Source: Selenomonadaceae bacterium (GTDB taxonomy: Bacteria; Bacillota; Negativicutes; Selenomonadales; Selenomonadaceae). From it: a stretch of 64,000 nt of DNA. The stretch spans positions 983 through 64,982 of the forward strand of contig JAFSOQ010000055.1 in NCBI GenBank assembly GCA_017446845.1. Direction: 5' to 3'. The position numbers were made by a program, and so were the translations under genes. How positions within the stretch are numbered: the stretch's first letter is position 1; each line of letters starts with the position of its first letter. The notes below the pieces were generated by a model. The model made no database searches. It was not told where the DNA came from and saw only the letters and a list, made by a program, of their open reading frames with translations. Shown here piece after piece: positions 8,566 to 17,222 of the stretch.

Positions 8566-9696
8566 GTGGAAAAAATTTTGCAATTCATAGCGAAGGAAAC
8601 GGGCGGCGAAAGTTATCGCACGTCCAGAATGGAACTCGATATTGAAAATTCTTCCGAGCTGATTGAATACGAAGTGCCCGCCGAAATTGTTTCCAAACAC
8701 GCGGGCGAAACTCGTCCGCCGAAAAATTATTTTTCCCTTGAGGAACACGCTAAAAATTTTTCTTCAAGCGGACAGATTTTAAATTACTTTTTGGACGGCT
8801 CGCGGCACGTCTACAAAATTGACGACATTGCTTACAATCACGGTGTGCGCAAAATGATTTATCCGATTGTCGCCGGTCAAGTCGTGGCGGGCTGTTGTCG
8901 ACGCGTCGATAAAAAATTGCACGCGGAAAATTTTTCTGCGGAGATTGTCCTTGCCGTTCCCGACGTGACCAATCCCGACAGCCACAAAGGATTTTTTCCC
9001 GCGCTTGTCAGCAAAATTAATGAGCGTTTCAAAATAAAAATTTCAAAAATTTTGCCATACAAAACGGACAGTAAGCCCGCCGAAAAATTTGAAGACCGCG
9101 CCGTCGCCAAGATTATGGAGCACATGCACAACACCGAAATAAATTTTGTCGCCGAACTCGTCAGGCGCGGCAAGCTCGACCAAAAAAATTATCTCGTCAA
9201 GGACGGTTCGCTTGAGTATAAAGTTTTGACCGAGAGAAAATTTAACCCCAAGAATTACAGCTTTGTTATCGGCGTCTCGAAAAAATTTAATCCGCTGCTC
9301 GTGAAAAATTCCAAAGACAAAAACGATCCCGGACTTGTCGCCGACCTGCCGCTTTTTTATCGCACGCCCGTCACGATTTTTGAACGCGGCAATTTCCACG
9401 AAGGAAATAAATTTGCGGTGTGGTATGTTCGTCTGCGCGATAAAAAATATTCCGATTCGCCCTTTGACGGCGTTGTTAAGGTTGAAAAAATTTTGGTCAC
9501 GGATGCCGAGCGGGATAACGACAAAATCGACAGCGACGATGTAGATCTTTTGAGCGCGTATCTTATCAACGAGCGCAATCCTGTTTGCTACGGCGCGGAC
9601 GGTCGTTGGGCGAATCACATTTATCCGATTTTTCTTACCGAAAGTTTTATCAAGTCGAGATTTATTTCCGCAGAAACATTTTTGAACTTATTTTAA
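8566..9696 (+). CDS. NurA-like (RNase H-fold) nuclease, 376 aa
   Basis: GTG start with AGGAGG 5 nt upstream. NurA-type motif order: FLDGS (D77), MEH (E185), VKDGSL (D213), VIGVSKKF, IYPIFLTE near the C-terminus. It is immediately upstream of a HerA-like ATPase, as in HerA-NurA operons. Confidence 0.6.
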   Translation: MEKILQFIAKETGGESYRTSRMELDIENSSELIEYEVPAEIVSKHAGETRPPKNYFSLEEHAKNFSSSGQILNYFLDGSRHVYKIDDIAYNHGVRKMIYPIVAGQVVAGCCRRVDKKLHAENFSAEIVLAVPDVTNPDSHKGFFPALVSKINERFKIKISKILPYKTDSKPAEKFEDRAVAKIMEHMHNTEINFVAELVRRGKLDQKNYLVKDGSLEYKVLTERKFNPKNYSFVIGVSKKFNPLLVKNSKDKNDPGLVADLPLFYRTPVTIFERGNFHEGNKFAVWYVRLRDKKYSDSPFDGVVKVEKILVTDAERDNDKIDSDDVDLLSAYLINERNPVCYGADGRWANHIYPIFLTESFIKSRFISAETFLNLF

Positions 9697-9885
9697 ATTG
9701 GGCTAGAAATGCGCATGCATTTCGTACGGACGCGGCTACTCGGATAAAAATTTTTAAGCGGTGCGGCGCGTCAGCTGTTTGTCAACTTTTTAAAAGTTGT
9801 GCGCATGCATTTTCGTACGAACGCGGGGACAACGTTAAAAATTTTTAAGCGGTGCGGCGCGTCAGCCGGATGCAACGTCACGTTG
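9697..9885 (+). repeat. Copies (b1, b2) of the dispersed repeat family: two tandem ~90-nt units inserted between the NurA-like and HerA-like genes
   Basis: GCGCATGCATTT(T)CGTACG(G/A)ACGCGG...AAAAATTTTTAAGCGGTGCGGCGCGTCAGC occurs at 9711-9776 and again at 9801-9867 (period 90). The near-palindrome CAACTTTTTAAAAGTTG lies between the units. The element ends in GCAACGTCACGTTGC and is bounded by a duplicated 29-mer (9668-9696 and 9886-9914). Confidence 0.8.
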
Positions 9886-9923
9886 CCGCAGAAACATTTT
9901 TGAATTTATTTTGAGGTGAACAC

Positions 9924-11537
9924 ATGAGCGAGATTATCGGACGCGTCGCGGCTACTGAAAAATTCCCGTCGACCATGGACAAATTTTATTTTTGGACGAA
10001 CGCCGAATTCAGATTGAATGCCTTCGACGTGGTTAAAGTAAAACATTTGGACGAATCATTTTCTTTCGGCACGGTGGAAAATATTTTTCACATAACCGAC
10101 GCGAAAAGTTTTTTGACGAATTACATTTCCTGCGATTTTGGCGACACGAACATAAGCGCGCCGACTTTGCGAATCGGCATGAATTATGTTGAGGTCGCCG
10201 TTTCTTTTAACACAAAAAATATTTATACGCCCGTCAAAAATGATTCGGCGGTTTACCTGGCAAGCGCGGAAGAAATCGAAATGGCGTTGGGGCTCGACAA
10301 GATAAAAAATAAATTGCCCTGCGGCTATCTGAAAATGTACGAAGGTCACGCCGACAAAGAAATTATTTTGCCCGTGAATCTCGACGCACAATTTATTTTA
10401 GGTCCGGAAGGTGCTCACTTAAATATTTCGGGCATATCGGGCTTGGCGGCGAAAACCAGTTACGCGATGTTCCTTATGAAGTCCGTGCAAGAAAATTTTT
10501 CCGATTGCGCGTTCATAATTTTTAACGTTAAGGGCAAAGACTTAATGGCGATTCATCAACCGAACGACGAAGACTCCGCGCCGATTTATAAAAATTTGAA
10601 TTTGAGCGGCGAGCCTTTTGAAAATGTTCATTACTACGCGCCGCGAGACAATAAAAGCGTCACGAGCTACTTGCCGCCCGAAGACGCCGAAAATTATCTT
10701 GCCGAAGGTCTGATGAAAAAATTCGCTTACATTTACGAGGACGACCGCGAGTCTTTGGAAATGCTCTTCGCCGACATTGACGACACGACGCAGACGATGG
10801 ACTCGATTATCAGCAAAATTATCGACCCGAACGATTACGACTTCGGCGGGATTTCTAATTGGGACAGTTTTTTAAATAAGGTCAACGAATTGTCGCAGAA
10901 AGGTAATGCCAAAGAAATTTCCGTTTTGAGTTGGCGCAAGTTCAAACGCATAATCAACAAGGCGATAAAAAATGATGCGATGTTCGTAAATCACACGGCT
11001 CCGAATTTTGAATGCCGCCTCGAAGACGAATTGAAAAATATTTCGGCGGGTTCGGTCAGCGTGATTGACATTGCAAAGCTCGGCAGCGATAAGCAGGCGT
11101 TTGCTTTCGGCGACGTACTCAAGACGATTTACAAACTCAAGCTCGGCGATTACGATATAACTCCGCCGTCGAAGATAATTATCTTCATGGACGAGTTAAA
11201 TAAATTTGCCGGAAAGGATACGACGAAAAATTCTCCGATATTGCGCCAGATTTTGGACGTGGCAGAGCGCGGACGGTCATTGGGAATAATTTTATTCGGC
11301 GCGGAACAATTTCGCTCGAACATTCACCCGCGAGTTACGGGGAATTGTTCAACGCTTGCTTTCGGTCGCACGAACGTTTTAGAGACGACGACCAAAGATT
11401 ATTCTGCATTGCCCTCGACATATAAAAATATTTTGACGCGACTGGAGCAGGGCGAATACGTCATACAAAATCCGATTTTCCGTTCGCTGCTCAAAGTCAA
11501 ATTCCCGAAGCCCGCTTACAAACAGTTCAAAGATTAG
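9924..11537 (+). CDS. HerA-like (FtsK-HerA superfamily, DUF87-type) ATPase with N-terminal HAS-barrel, 537 aa
   Basis: N-terminal GRVAATEKFPSTMDKFYFWTN...FDVVKV looks like a HAS barrel. The P-loop GISGLAAKTS (res 170-179) has Ala in place of the usual Gly before Lys. Walker B is IIIFMDELNKF (D423-E424). The arginine-finger region AERGRSLGIILFGAEQFRS is like HerA EGRK.G..l...SQRPS. Confidence 0.7.
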   Translation: MSEIIGRVAATEKFPSTMDKFYFWTNAEFRLNAFDVVKVKHLDESFSFGTVENIFHITDAKSFLTNYISCDFGDTNISAPTLRIGMNYVEVAVSFNTKNIYTPVKNDSAVYLASAEEIEMALGLDKIKNKLPCGYLKMYEGHADKEIILPVNLDAQFILGPEGAHLNISGISGLAAKTSYAMFLMKSVQENFSDCAFIIFNVKGKDLMAIHQPNDEDSAPIYKNLNLSGEPFENVHYYAPRDNKSVTSYLPPEDAENYLAEGLMKKFAYIYEDDRESLEMLFADIDDTTQTMDSIISKIIDPNDYDFGGISNWDSFLNKVNELSQKGNAKEISVLSWRKFKRIINKAIKNDAMFVNHTAPNFECRLEDELKNISAGSVSVIDIAKLGSDKQAFAFGDVLKTIYKLKLGDYDITPPSKIIIFMDELNKFAGKDTTKNSPILRQILDVAERGRSLGIILFGAEQFRSNIHPRVTGNCSTLAFGRTNVLETTTKDYSALPSTYKNILTRLEQGEYVIQNPIFRSLLKVKFPKPAYKQFKD

Positions 11538-11548
11538 GAGGAAAAATT

Positions 11549-12988
11549 ATGGCAAATTATGTTTTCGGCGCAAATCTAATTGAAAATCTCACAACGGGCA
11601 TGTATCAAAATCCTCTTGTGATTTTTCGCGAGTATATTCAAAATTCTTGCGACGCGATAGACAAAGCCCGCGCAGATGAAATTTTGGCGGCTGACGAAGG
11701 CTCGATAGAAATTACAATCGATAAGGACGCCCGCCGAATCACAATCGAAGACAATGGCACGGGAATTCCTGTTTTAGATTTCAAGCCGACTTTAACAAGT
11801 ATTGCCGCTTCCGATAAAAATTTGGAGAGTAACAGAGGTTTTCGCGGTATCGGACGACTTTGCGGCGTGGCTTATTGCAAAGAATTGCGTTTTACTTCGA
11901 CGGCCAAAGATGAAGTCGTTCAATCGACGATGATAATCAACGCCGAGAACATGTGCAAAAAATTTTACGGCAAAGAAAAAATCAAAGCGGAAGATTTGCT
12001 TGACGAATCCATAAATTTTCCGAAAGTTTCCGTCGCCGACCCTGACGAGCATTTTTTTCGCGTTGAGCTGATTGATATTGTCGACACCAACAACGATTTG
12101 CTCGACAAGGAAAAAGTTCGCGAGTATTTATCATTCGTCGCGCCCGTCGATTACAAAAACAGTTTAGGTTTTAAAGGTCTTCAAAATAAAATCTTAGAGC
12201 ACGCTGCTAAGCTTAATTTTAAGATTGCCGGTTATAAAATTCTTGTTGACGGCGAGCATCTTTACAAGCCTTACAAGTCGAATTTCAAGACTACTCACAA
12301 TGGAGCCGATGAAATTTTTGATATAGATTTTCGCGACTTCTACGATGACGAAAAAAATTTAATTGCGTGGAGTTGGATTGGCTTATCGAAATTTAAAGGC
12401 GTCATTGACCAAACGAGCGGCACGCCCGATAATTTGATGCGCGGCATTCGACTTCGCGCGGGCAATATTCAAATCGGCGACCAAGAGGCACTTAAGCATT
12501 TATTCAGCGAGGCACGCGGCACGAATTATTTTATCGGCGAAGTTCATGCTGTTGACAAAAATTTGATTCCGAACGGTCGACGAGATTATTTTGTCGAAAA
12601 TAAAGCTTGTAACACTTTTGAAGGCGAGCTGAGAAAATATTTCGATGAACTCTACAAAATTTATCACGCGGCGTCGGACATCAGAGGCTTTCAAAAAAGG
12701 ATTAGTGCTCCCGCTGAAGCTGTGCAAGACTTTCAACAAGGACGCTCCATATTTAAAAATCAAGCTGAACTCAATAGCGAACTTGCCAAGCTGAATAAAA
12801 TTGCAACGACTGCCGAAAATAAAATTGAGTCTGTTCGTAAAGAGGCAGAGCAAAATCCTGATTCAGCTTTGTCGCGTGTCGTACTGCGCATGACAGAAAA
12901 TAAAATACCCCCCCCGGTCAACATGATTCGGAACAAGAGGAAACAAAAACAAAACAATTTCCGCCCGTTCATTGGCGCAAAGATTTAA
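11549..12988 (+). CDS. GHKL/Bergerat-fold ATPase (HATPase_c_3 / MORC-Hsp90-like) with a coiled-coil C-terminal region; the annotated stop probably follows a frameshift
   Basis: The N box is REYIQNSCDAIDKA (E28, N32, D35). The G1 box is IEDNGTGI (D68). The G2 box is RGFRGIGRL. The start is 11 nt after the HerA-like stop, with GAGGAA as SD. A C8 run at 12908-12915 precedes an alternative frame that stays open to 13086. Confidence 0.7.
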   Translation: MANYVFGANLIENLTTGMYQNPLVIFREYIQNSCDAIDKARADEILAADEGSIEITIDKDARRITIEDNGTGIPVLDFKPTLTSIAASDKNLESNRGFRGIGRLCGVAYCKELRFTSTAKDEVVQSTMIINAENMCKKFYGKEKIKAEDLLDESINFPKVSVADPDEHFFRVELIDIVDTNNDLLDKEKVREYLSFVAPVDYKNSLGFKGLQNKILEHAAKLNFKIAGYKILVDGEHLYKPYKSNFKTTHNGADEIFDIDFRDFYDDEKNLIAWSWIGLSKFKGVIDQTSGTPDNLMRGIRLRAGNIQIGDQEALKHLFSEARGTNYFIGEVHAVDKNLIPNGRRDYFVENKACNTFEGELRKYFDELYKIYHAASDIRGFQKRISAPAEAVQDFQQGRSIFKNQAELNSELAKLNKIATTAENKIESVRKEAEQNPDSALSRVVLRMTENKIPPPVNMIRNKRKQKQNNFRPFIGAKI

Positions 12989-13082
12989 AAAGGCTTTACA
13001 CTGAAATTAAAAAGGTCATTCTCAAAAATCCTAAAATTTCGGGCGATAAGCTCCTTGACAAGATTGAAGAGGTGCTCGCCAA

Positions 13083-14921
13083 ATGAGCCGCCGCGTTTTG
13101 TTGTTGGAGCCGAATTGGAAGAACAAATATCCGCCCGCAAATTTAATGAAGTTGGCGACGTATTTTCGGAGCGTGTGCAAAGATGACGTGCGCTTTTACA
13201 AGGGCGACTTAAAAAATTTTGCCGCACAACTTTTGCTTGAAGAATTTTTTTCGGGCGAAGTCGACAAGGAAAATCTTTTTGCGCCCGAACAAAATGACGC
13301 CGCGCAGAAATTTTGGCGGCAAGAAAAATTTTTGTTGGAGTTTATAAAGACGGGGAAAAATTCTTTACTCGAATTCATGCGCGAGGAAGATTTTTTTTAC
13401 GAGTACAGCTTGAAAAAACTTCATCGCCGATTCAAAGCCGAAAACTTCCCGACGTTCGATATAATCTGTGTCAATTCGCTGTTCACGTTCTTTTTTGATG
13501 AGACAGTCAGCGCGATAAATTTTGCCAAGAAATTTCTGGCGGAAGACGGGAAAATTTTTGTCGGAGGAGTGGCGGCGACTCTCGTGCCGAAATTTTTTGA
13601 GGACGCGACCGGAATCAAACCGCATGAAGGACTTTTGGATAAGCCCGACGACCTCGGCAAAAACGACGACGTGATTATCGACACCCTGCCGCAAGATTAT
13701 TCAATCCTCGACGAAATCGACTACAAATATCCCGCCGCCGACGCTTACATAACTTACACGACGCGCGGTTGTATTCGCAAATGTTCTTTTTGCGCGGTCA
13801 GCAAGCTTGAACCCGAATATAAAGACCACGTGGAAATTTTTAATCAGCTCAAGCACACCGAAGAAAATTTCGGCGCGAAAAGAAATCTTCTGCTCATGGA
13901 TAACAACGTCCTTGCCTCGAAAAAATTTGATGAGATTATCGACGAGATTAAAGCTTGCGGTTTCGCGAAGGGCGCGAATTATCTGCCGCCCGACGAATAT
14001 TCTATCGCTCTGGAAAATCTCCGAGCCGGTTTCAACGACCGCGCTTATCTGAAAAAAATAATTTATCTCTATGACGAACTCGAAAAGAAGTTGCCCGAAA
14101 ATTTGGCGGGCGAATTTTATTCCGCGCGCGAGAAAAATTTTTTGCTCAGCTTGATAACCGCGTCTAAAGAAAAAATTTTCGCGCTTGATGATTTTGTCCG
14201 CCCGCTGTTTGAAAAATATTTCAAGCGCAAAAGTCTCGTCCGCTACGTCGATTTTAATCAGGGGCTTGACGCGCGGCTTGTCGACGATCACAAAATGGCG
14301 CGGCTTGCCGAATTGAATATCCGACCCATGCGCATTGCCTTCGACCACATTGAACAGCGCGACATTTATGAACGGGCAATTCGACTGGCGGCAAAGTACG
14401 GCATTCGTGACTTGTCGAATTATCTGCTGTATAATTTTTTGGACACGCCCGCCGATTTTTATAACCGCTTGAAAATAAATATCGACCTTTGCGAGGATTT
14501 GGACGTTGCGATTTATTCTTTCCCGATGAAATATTGTCCGATTGACGCCCCGCAATATTTCAGCAACCGCGATTATATCGGGCGGCATTGGAATAAAAAA
14601 TTTATTCGGGCGATTCAGGCGATAATAAATTCCACCAAGGGTAAAGTCGGGCGCGGACGTGAATTTTTTGAAAAGGCATTCGGGAAAAATCTCGACGAGT
14701 TCAGGGAATTGCTTTACATGCCCGAACCTTTTATAATTTACAGGTTAAGATACGAGGACAATTTGACGGAGTCTTGGCGCGAAAAATTTTCAGCCCTCAA
14801 TGACGACGAACGAACCTTGGCAGAAAAAATTATCGAACAGAATAAATTTTCCGATAAAGATATTGGCGACGCGCCGAAAAAAATTCGGGAGCTTTTGGAA
14901 TTCTACAGGATACGGCGTTAA
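13083..14921 (+). CDS. Radical SAM enzyme with an N-terminal B12-binding-like domain (class-B-like architecture), 612 aa
   Basis: The CxxxCxxC cluster is TTRGCIRKCSFCAV (C230, C234, C237; nt 13770-13793). The N-terminal RRVLLLEPNWKNKYPPANLMKLATYF resembles the B12-domain start of class B rSAMs. The C-terminal ~250 aa are uncharacterised. Confidence 0.75.
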   Translation: MSRRVLLLEPNWKNKYPPANLMKLATYFRSVCKDDVRFYKGDLKNFAAQLLLEEFFSGEVDKENLFAPEQNDAAQKFWRQEKFLLEFIKTGKNSLLEFMREEDFFYEYSLKKLHRRFKAENFPTFDIICVNSLFTFFFDETVSAINFAKKFLAEDGKIFVGGVAATLVPKFFEDATGIKPHEGLLDKPDDLGKNDDVIIDTLPQDYSILDEIDYKYPAADAYITYTTRGCIRKCSFCAVSKLEPEYKDHVEIFNQLKHTEENFGAKRNLLLMDNNVLASKKFDEIIDEIKACGFAKGANYLPPDEYSIALENLRAGFNDRAYLKKIIYLYDELEKKLPENLAGEFYSAREKNFLLSLITASKEKIFALDDFVRPLFEKYFKRKSLVRYVDFNQGLDARLVDDHKMARLAELNIRPMRIAFDHIEQRDIYERAIRLAAKYGIRDLSNYLLYNFLDTPADFYNRLKINIDLCEDLDVAIYSFPMKYCPIDAPQYFSNRDYIGRHWNKKFIRAIQAIINSTKGKVGRGREFFEKAFGKNLDEFRELLYMPEPFIIYRLRYEDNLTESWREKFSALNDDERTLAEKIIEQNKFSDKDIGDAPKKIRELLEFYRIRR

Positions 14922-14940
14922 AATTTTGGAGGATAAAAAA

Positions 14941-15342
14941 ATGGCAAAGCAACTCAGAATAGAAAAACTTCAGGAACTAATCAAACAGGAAATGAGCAAA
15001 ATGCTTTTGACGGATTTAAAAGACCCGCGAATCGGATTCGTGACGGTGACTGATGTTGAAATGACCGGCGACCTGCGCGAGGCGAAAATTTACGTCAGCA
15101 TAATGGGCGGCGAAGAACAAGTTAAAAGTTCGCTTGAAGGACTTAACAGCGCGTTGGGATTCGTCCGCCGAGAAATCGGGCAGAGAGTTCGTTTGAGATT
15201 TACGCCCGAAATTTCTTTCGCGCTCGACACGTCACTTGACTACGGCGACCACATTCAAAAGCTTTTGTTGCAGGTGGAAGGAGATTTAAAAAATGATGAT
15301 AACGCTCAAGGAGGCGGCGCAGAAAATCAAAGCCGCGAATAA
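14941..15342 (+). CDS. rbfA: Ribosome-binding factor A
   Basis: MAKQLRIEKLQELIKQEMSKMLL..DPRIGFVTVTDVEMTGDLREAKIYVS is the RbfA signature. GGAGGA lies 8 nt upstream of the ATG at 14941. The track ORF starting at 14800 is an upstream in-frame extension. Confidence 0.9.
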   Translation: MAKQLRIEKLQELIKQEMSKMLLTDLKDPRIGFVTVTDVEMTGDLREAKIYVSIMGGEEQVKSSLEGLNSALGFVRREIGQRVRLRFTPEISFALDTSLDYGDHIQKLLLQVEGDLKNDDNAQGGGAENQSRE

Positions 15343-16231
15343 AATTTTAATCACGGCGCACATTCAGCCCGACGGCGACGCAATCGGCTCGACGCTGGCT
15401 TTAATGCAAATGCTCCGTTCAATCGGGAAGTCCGCGCAGATTTTCATTGACGATACCGTCAGAAAAAATTTGCACGCCTTGCCGCACTTTGAAGAAATTC
15501 GCCGACCGGAGGACGGAGAAAAATTCGACGCGGATTTAATGATTGTTTTGGACACTTCGATTGACAGGATTGGCGGCGTGAGAAAATTGACCGACGCGCC
15601 GATTTTGAATATTGATCACCACGTCACGAACAAAGGCGGCGATTTTGAACTTTACGTTGAGACGTCGGCGGCAGCGACTTGCGAAATTATTTTCAAGCTT
15701 GCCGCCGAACTCGAAGTTGAAATCACGCCCGAAATTGCCACGTGTCTTTACACGGGTTTGGCGACGGACACGGGCTTTTTCCAATTCTCGAACACTCGCG
15801 CGGAAACTCTTGCTACTGCCTCCGAATTGATTCGACGCGGTGTGAGTCCGCATTTTATTTCCGAACAGCTTGAGCAAAAATCTTTGTCGGAAGTGCGCGG
15901 GCTTAGTGCGGCTTTGAATTCGCTGAAAATGTTTTACGACGAAAAAGTTGCGGGCATGATTCTCGACCATGACACTGCGAAAAAATTTGACTCGACGGAA
16001 GGCTTTATCGATGAAATTCGCGTAATTGAGACCGTCGACGTGGCGTTTCTTATCACGGAAAAAGCTCCGAATTTTTGTCGCGTGAGCATGAGGTCAAAGG
16101 GCGTCAACGTTGCGCAAATTGCTGACAAACTCGGCGGCGGCGGACATATCAGAGCGGCGGGTTGCACGTTGAAAATGCCGCTTGACGAAGCAGAAAAAAT
16201 TTTAGTCGCGGCAATCGGCGAAGCGTTATGA
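15293..16231 (+). CDS. nrnA: DHH-family phosphoesterase NrnA (oligoribonuclease / pAp phosphatase)
   Basis: Motifs HIQPDGDAIGS, DHH (IDHHV), DTGFF and GGGH; ~310 aa. Confidence 0.85.
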   Translation: MMITLKEAAQKIKAANKILITAHIQPDGDAIGSTLALMQMLRSIGKSAQIFIDDTVRKNLHALPHFEEIRRPEDGEKFDADLMIVLDTSIDRIGGVRKLTDAPILNIDHHVTNKGGDFELYVETSAAATCEIIFKLAAELEVEITPEIATCLYTGLATDTGFFQFSNTRAETLATASELIRRGVSPHFISEQLEQKSLSEVRGLSAALNSLKMFYDEKVAGMILDHDTAKKFDSTEGFIDEIRVIETVDVAFLITEKAPNFCRVSMRSKGVNVAQIADKLGGGGHIRAAGCTLKMPLDEAEKILVAAIGEAL

Positions 16232-17085
16232 TTGACGGCTTTATAAATCTGAACAAACCTTCGGGCATGACGAGCCACGACGCAGTTAATCATGTACGGA
16301 GGATTTTTTCTACGCGCAAAGTCGGACATGCGGGCACGCTTGACCCTTTGGCGAGCGGAGTTTTGCCGATTGCGATTAATCGCGCGACAAAGTTTATCGA
16401 ATACGTTATCGACTGCTGCAAAAGTTATCGCGCGGAAATTTTATTCGGCACAGCGACGGACAGCGGCGACTTGGAAGGAAAAATTATTTCCCGCGCAGAA
16501 AATTTTCATATGCCGACAGTTGACGAACTCAACGACGCCTTGAAAGATTTTGTCGGTGAAATTGAACAGACGCCGCCGAAATTTTCCGCGATAAAAATTC
16601 ACGGGCGCAAAGCTTACGACCTTGCAAAAAAAAATATTGATTTTGAGATGCCGCGCAGGCTTGTAAAAATTTTTCGGCTGGAAGTTATCGCCTCGGATAA
16701 AAATTCTGCGACGATTGAAATTGATTGCAGCAAGGGTACTTACGTCAGAAGTTTGGCGATTGATTTGGGCGAGCGATTGAATTTGCCCGCGACGCTGAAA
16801 AATTTAATTCGGCTTCGAGTCGGCGATTTTGATTTAAAAAATTCTTTGACGTTCGATGAAATAAAAAAATTCGGCGAGGATTGTCTCCTGCCGATTGAAA
16901 ATTGTTTGAACCGCTTGCCGATATTTGAACTCGACGAACGAAGAATCCGCGCTTTCATGAACGGTTTGCCGACGAATGTTCGCGCGGCGGACGAAAAATT
17001 TTTGCGAATAATTTCAGGCGGAAAATTTTTGGGTGTCGGAAGAATTGAGGGCGGCGAGTTGCGGTCGTCAAAAATAATGTCTTGA
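16228..17085 (+). CDS. truB: tRNA pseudouridine(55) synthase
   Basis: GFINLNKPSGMTSHDAV...KVGHAGTLDPLASGVLPI contains the catalytic Asp motif. ATGA overlap with nrnA. Confidence 0.92.
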   Translation: MIDGFINLNKPSGMTSHDAVNHVRRIFSTRKVGHAGTLDPLASGVLPIAINRATKFIEYVIDCCKSYRAEILFGTATDSGDLEGKIISRAENFHMPTVDELNDALKDFVGEIEQTPPKFSAIKIHGRKAYDLAKKNIDFEMPRRLVKIFRLEVIASDKNSATIEIDCSKGTYVRSLAIDLGERLNLPATLKNLIRLRVGDFDLKNSLTFDEIKKFGEDCLLPIENCLNRLPIFELDERRIRAFMNGLPTNVRAADEKFLRIISGGKFLGVGRIEGGELRSSKIMS

Positions 17086-17110
17086 AAAATTTTTCGGCGT
17101 GTGATATGAT
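17082..17110 (+). promoter_or_regulatory. Strong sigma-70 promoter with extended -10, driving a short non-coding transcript
   Basis: TTGAAA (17082-17087), 17-nt spacer, TGaTATGAT (-10 at 17105-17110). It overlaps the truB stop codon. Confidence 0.6.
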
Positions 17111-17116
17111 TTACAA

Positions 17117-17222
17117 CGTTAAAAAGACAATTTTAATGGCAGGAGTTCGATGTTGATCCCGTCGACTCCTTCCTCGTTAATAGTTATCTGATTTCAGAGC
17201 CGTGGCGCGGCTTATTTTTTTC
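17117..17222 (+). ncRNA. Putative antitoxin sRNA (~105 nt) of a type I toxin-antitoxin-like module
   Basis: It starts ~7 nt after the -10. It has the hairpin AGGAGT...ACTCCT and an anti-SD stretch CTCCTTCCTCG. It ends in the terminator AGCCG-tggcg-CGGCT plus TATTTTTTT. It converges on, and overlaps, the 3' end of the minus-strand peptide gene. No plausible ORF. Confidence 0.45.

Noticed and set aside
9585-9848. 87-aa ORF running across the tandem repeat between the NurA-like and HerA-like genes
   Set aside because: It lies out of frame over the end of a well-supported gene and across two copies of a non-coding repeat. It has no SD, and its composition is driven by the repeat.
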